DNA of 63,835 nt, the filler included, from Reclinomonas americana ATCC 50394 (taxonomy: Eukaryota): the NCBI GenBank assembly GCA_048213135.1. It is 16 parts of 16 records of this genome, joined end to end, with 100 filler letters (N's around TTAATTAATTAA, not from the genome) between each part and the next. Parts side by side here need not be neighbours in the genome. Positions count along the whole stretch, not along the records: positions 61,072 to 62,722 come from AFZH01018352.1; positions 62,823 to 63,835 come from AFZH01018388.1; 14 more parts are not named here. One strand, 5' to 3'. A program made the translations under genes and the position numbers. Each line of letters opens with the position of its first letter. Position 1 is the first letter of the stretch. The notes below the pieces were generated by a model, which had not been told where the DNA came from, did no database searches, and saw only the letters and a list, made by a program, of their open reading frames with translations. Shown one piece after another: positions 60,972 to 63,835 of the stretch.

Positions 60972-62722
60972 NNNNNNNNNNNNNNNNNNNNNNNNNNNNN
61001 NNNNNNNNNNNNNNNTTAATTAATTAANNNNNNNNNNNNNNNNNNNNNNNNNNNNNNNNNNNNNNNNNNNNGCAGGGTGCGCTGGATGCGACAGCCACAG
61101 GCTCGTGCACGCTGGTGACACCGGGCGTGTACTATCTGTGTGGCAAGTTGCGTTGGCGCGGGGGGGAGGCAGAGAGAGGCAGTGGCCTCTTGGCATCTTT
61201 GTGACTGATGGATGGCGTTTGATCGTCACCGAAGAACTCTTCGCTGTTTTTCTCTCCACTACTTTTCTCTCTCTCTCTCATTCACCCTGCCCTTTTTCTC
61301 GCCACCTCCAGGTTCCAGGCCGGTGGCATCTCTGTGTACCGCCTGCAGGCTGTCCCGATCATCGTCACCGCCGCTTCATCGGCGCCAGTGGTCTCGTTCG
61401 CGGCTCCGCCTGTGCTCAAGTATGGCAGTGCCAACTCGATTGTGATCGGCTCTGTCGCCGATAACCTCACCGACTGTACGAGCTTCAAACTGGTGCCGGC
61501 CGGCGTCAATTGCTCCGCTTTGTCGGACTACTCGACGCTGACGGGCAGTGTGGGTGCGGTGTTTGCGCGCGGCGGTGCCGATACCTGCAAGTTCAGCACC
61601 GGCTGCCGTTTGTTCCGCGCAACCATCACGCCGAACGGGTCGAGCGGCGGCGGTGCGTACAAGCTGTGTGTGGCGGCCAACAACGGACCGTACGTGTCGG
61701 CGGGAGAGACGTTTACCTCCGGCTTCATGACGGACGGTGGACTGAGTGCGAGCGACCCCTCGCCCTCGCCATTCCCACTGACCGCTAATCTCAAGGCCAA
61801 GCCAATCGTGTCGCTGCTGGCGGTGACGACAAGCACGATTCAGTTCACGTTTGCTCGCGAGTTCTTTCGCCGTCCGCGCGTGTTGCTCGGCTTCTCCAGT
61901 GTCGGCAGTCAGATCGATGAGAGCATTTCCACGCTGGCCAACGAACCGACTGACGGCACGTTTGCGTTCTGCGCGGCACCCGAGGTCACTGTGGCGAGGC
62001 TGTCGACACGTTGCTATGGCGTGTCCACGGACGGCCGACCGGGACCCACCATCACGCTGAGTTGCGTTCACTGGGAATGTGAGATGGAGGAGAAGTGTGA
62101 CTCATCGTCATCCTCTGCATGCAGGCTACCTGGCGTACTATGTGCACCAGACGAATGCTCTGACGATGGATGGTCAGCGCACGTTGACGAGCAAGTCGTG
62201 GTTGTCGAATGCGGTGGACAAGAGCAGTTCGACTGTTGCGTGGTTTAGTCGTGCGATGCGGTTGTGTGGAATTGTGTTGACTGATCCGCTGACGGCTCGT
62301 AGCTGTTGAGTGTGTCGTCTACGTATCAGTTTGCATCGGTGCCTGCCGTTCCCGTGGCCGTCATTGGTGTGCTGTCGATGCGGCGCCGGCAGTCGAGTGG
62401 TAGTGACGATGGTCGCGTTCGCGGCGACAACTTTTCGGTGACAAGCAGTGCAGCCTCGCGGTCGAGTTTTGTCGTCAAGGGGACGGTGAGCGGCGACTCA
62501 CGCATGGAGGCGGTGTGCGCGCGCTTTGCTGTGGCACCGACGCGCCCCGACACCACCAACAACAGTGGATTCGTCATGTTGGCGGGAGGTGCGTTTTCAT
62601 CATCTCCTGTTTGGTTGGAGCGACATCAGGTTATCTCTGTGCCTGACCCCGTGCGTGTGGCGCAGAGACGACGCACACCAGCGCAGCGACGACACAGACA
62701 GCCAGTTTGGTGACGCCATCGA
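60711..62722 (+). CDS. Secreted/surface protein, copy B (signal peptide plus downstream exons, truncated by gap)
   Basis: MRVTMTTAAWTSVLVALLVAMAIMAPAATVSA. After the gap, GALDATATGSCTLVTPGVYYLCG K|FQAGGISVYRLQ.. and later exons. Confidence 0.65.
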
Positions 62723-62822
62723 NNNNNNNNNNNNNNNNNNNNNNNNNNNNNNNNNNNNNNNNNNNNTTAATTAATTAANNNNNNNNNNNNNNNNNNNNNN
62801 NNNNNNNNNNNNNNNNNNNNNN

Positions 62823-63835
62823 TTGCAAGACAAGTGCTCGGAGATGCAAAACGAAGTTCGTAAATCTTTGCAACGATGTCTCTTGTTGACGGTATTATTC
62901 TCATTTGGTGTGGTTCGGGATTTGCAGCTGACGATTTCTAGCGCCAAGTGTGCTGCGCTCGAAGCAGAAGTGCGTTCGTCTTCGGCGGTGGAAGTGCACC
63001 GGATCAATGGTCACTGACTTTCGTCCTATCGCAGGTTGTACAGAAGGACCGTGAGCTTGTTGCAGTGCGTGGGCAATTGCGGGATCTGGAGGAAGCAGTT
63101 GCGTGCTGAATGATTTGAGCAGGCGTGGTACAATGATCTCTGTTTCAGAGGCGTTTTCCGTCAGAGACGCATCTCAATTTGTGTTGTGATGGAAATCTGT
63201 GTTTTCGCTTGTCCGTTAATATCTGCATGAATTAGGTGGACACTGTTCACGCGGACGCTTCCTCACAAGAGCGTGCGGCGGCACTGGAAGCGGAGGTATT
63301 GACTTTGTGCGCACAGGTGTGTTGTAAGCGACTCACTCGTTTCTGCTATCCGCGTAGCTGGCTGAGGAGAAGAGCAAGAGTGACAGCGCCGCACGAGAGG
63401 TTTGGTCCTTGTCGTCTCCCATTCTCTTTCCGCTATCTCTCATTCTTGTGGCAAACAGGCTGCTCGTTTGTTGTCCGAATTGGCGACGGCCAGAGAGGAG
63501 TTGGCGATCACGAGAGATTCGCTGCGTTCCGCCGAGGAATCGCTCTCCAACGAGCTCGACAACAAGGTTGGTGACGCCTTTTAATGCACCACATGGGCGG
63601 TGGTGCTCACCACGACCTGTCCTCCTCCCCACAGGCTCGCGAATTGGACCGTGTGGGACAAGGCTTCAGCCAGCAACTCGCCGACCTCGATGAGGAGCTC
63701 GAACAGAAGAACGCACAGTTGGTCGCTGCGCGCGAAGAACTCCTGGTCTTGCGAGAGAAGGTACTCATTGTGGGAGAGGGAGAGGAGAGGGAGGGGTGAG
63801 AGAGGGGGAAGTGCATCTGTGGCTCCGTTTCCTTT
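62823..63835 (+). CDS. Coiled-coil protein fragment with short exons, runs off window
   Basis: Exons such as LTISSAKCAALEAE, VVQKDRELVAVRGQLRDLEEA, AARLLSELATAREELAITRDSL and QQLADLDEELEQKNAQLVAAREEL. Confidence 0.65.

Noticed and set aside
7729..62822. Regularly recurring TTAATTAATTAA palindrome as a biological repeat or recombination site
   Set aside because: It is always centred in an identical 100-nt N spacer, so it is an assembly linker with six-frame stops.

Overview
Gene-dense, GC-rich eukaryotic (protist-like) scaffold with many short spliceosomal introns (about 55-100 nt), CT/CA microsatellites and 15 artificial 100-nt gap spacers (N-TTAATTAATTAA-N). Recognisable genes are cathepsin B, a divergent group II chaperonin, a BTB protein, the TSET coat subunit TTRAY2/TWD40-2, USP22/Ubp8, an SH3-PH protein, a scramblase-like protein, a TRAF-type zinc-finger protein, an NAD(P)-dependent reductase, IFT57, a small-GTPase/RhoGAP fusion, an LRR protein, COQ2 and a large EGF plus Asp-box beta-propeller protein. 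There is also a decayed RLE-type non-LTR retrotransposon and a local segmental duplication. The main discovery is invisible to the ORF track. On the minus strand, 21932-24866 resolves into 35 consecutive in-frame (phase-0) microexons, 29 of them a single codon, separated by 36 ordinary introns. They lie between the two halves of a C-terminal Cys/His zinc-binding module of the TRAF-type protein. This is a candidate splicing-based combinatorial diversification cassette. All gene models were read by hand and need RNA-seq confirmation.
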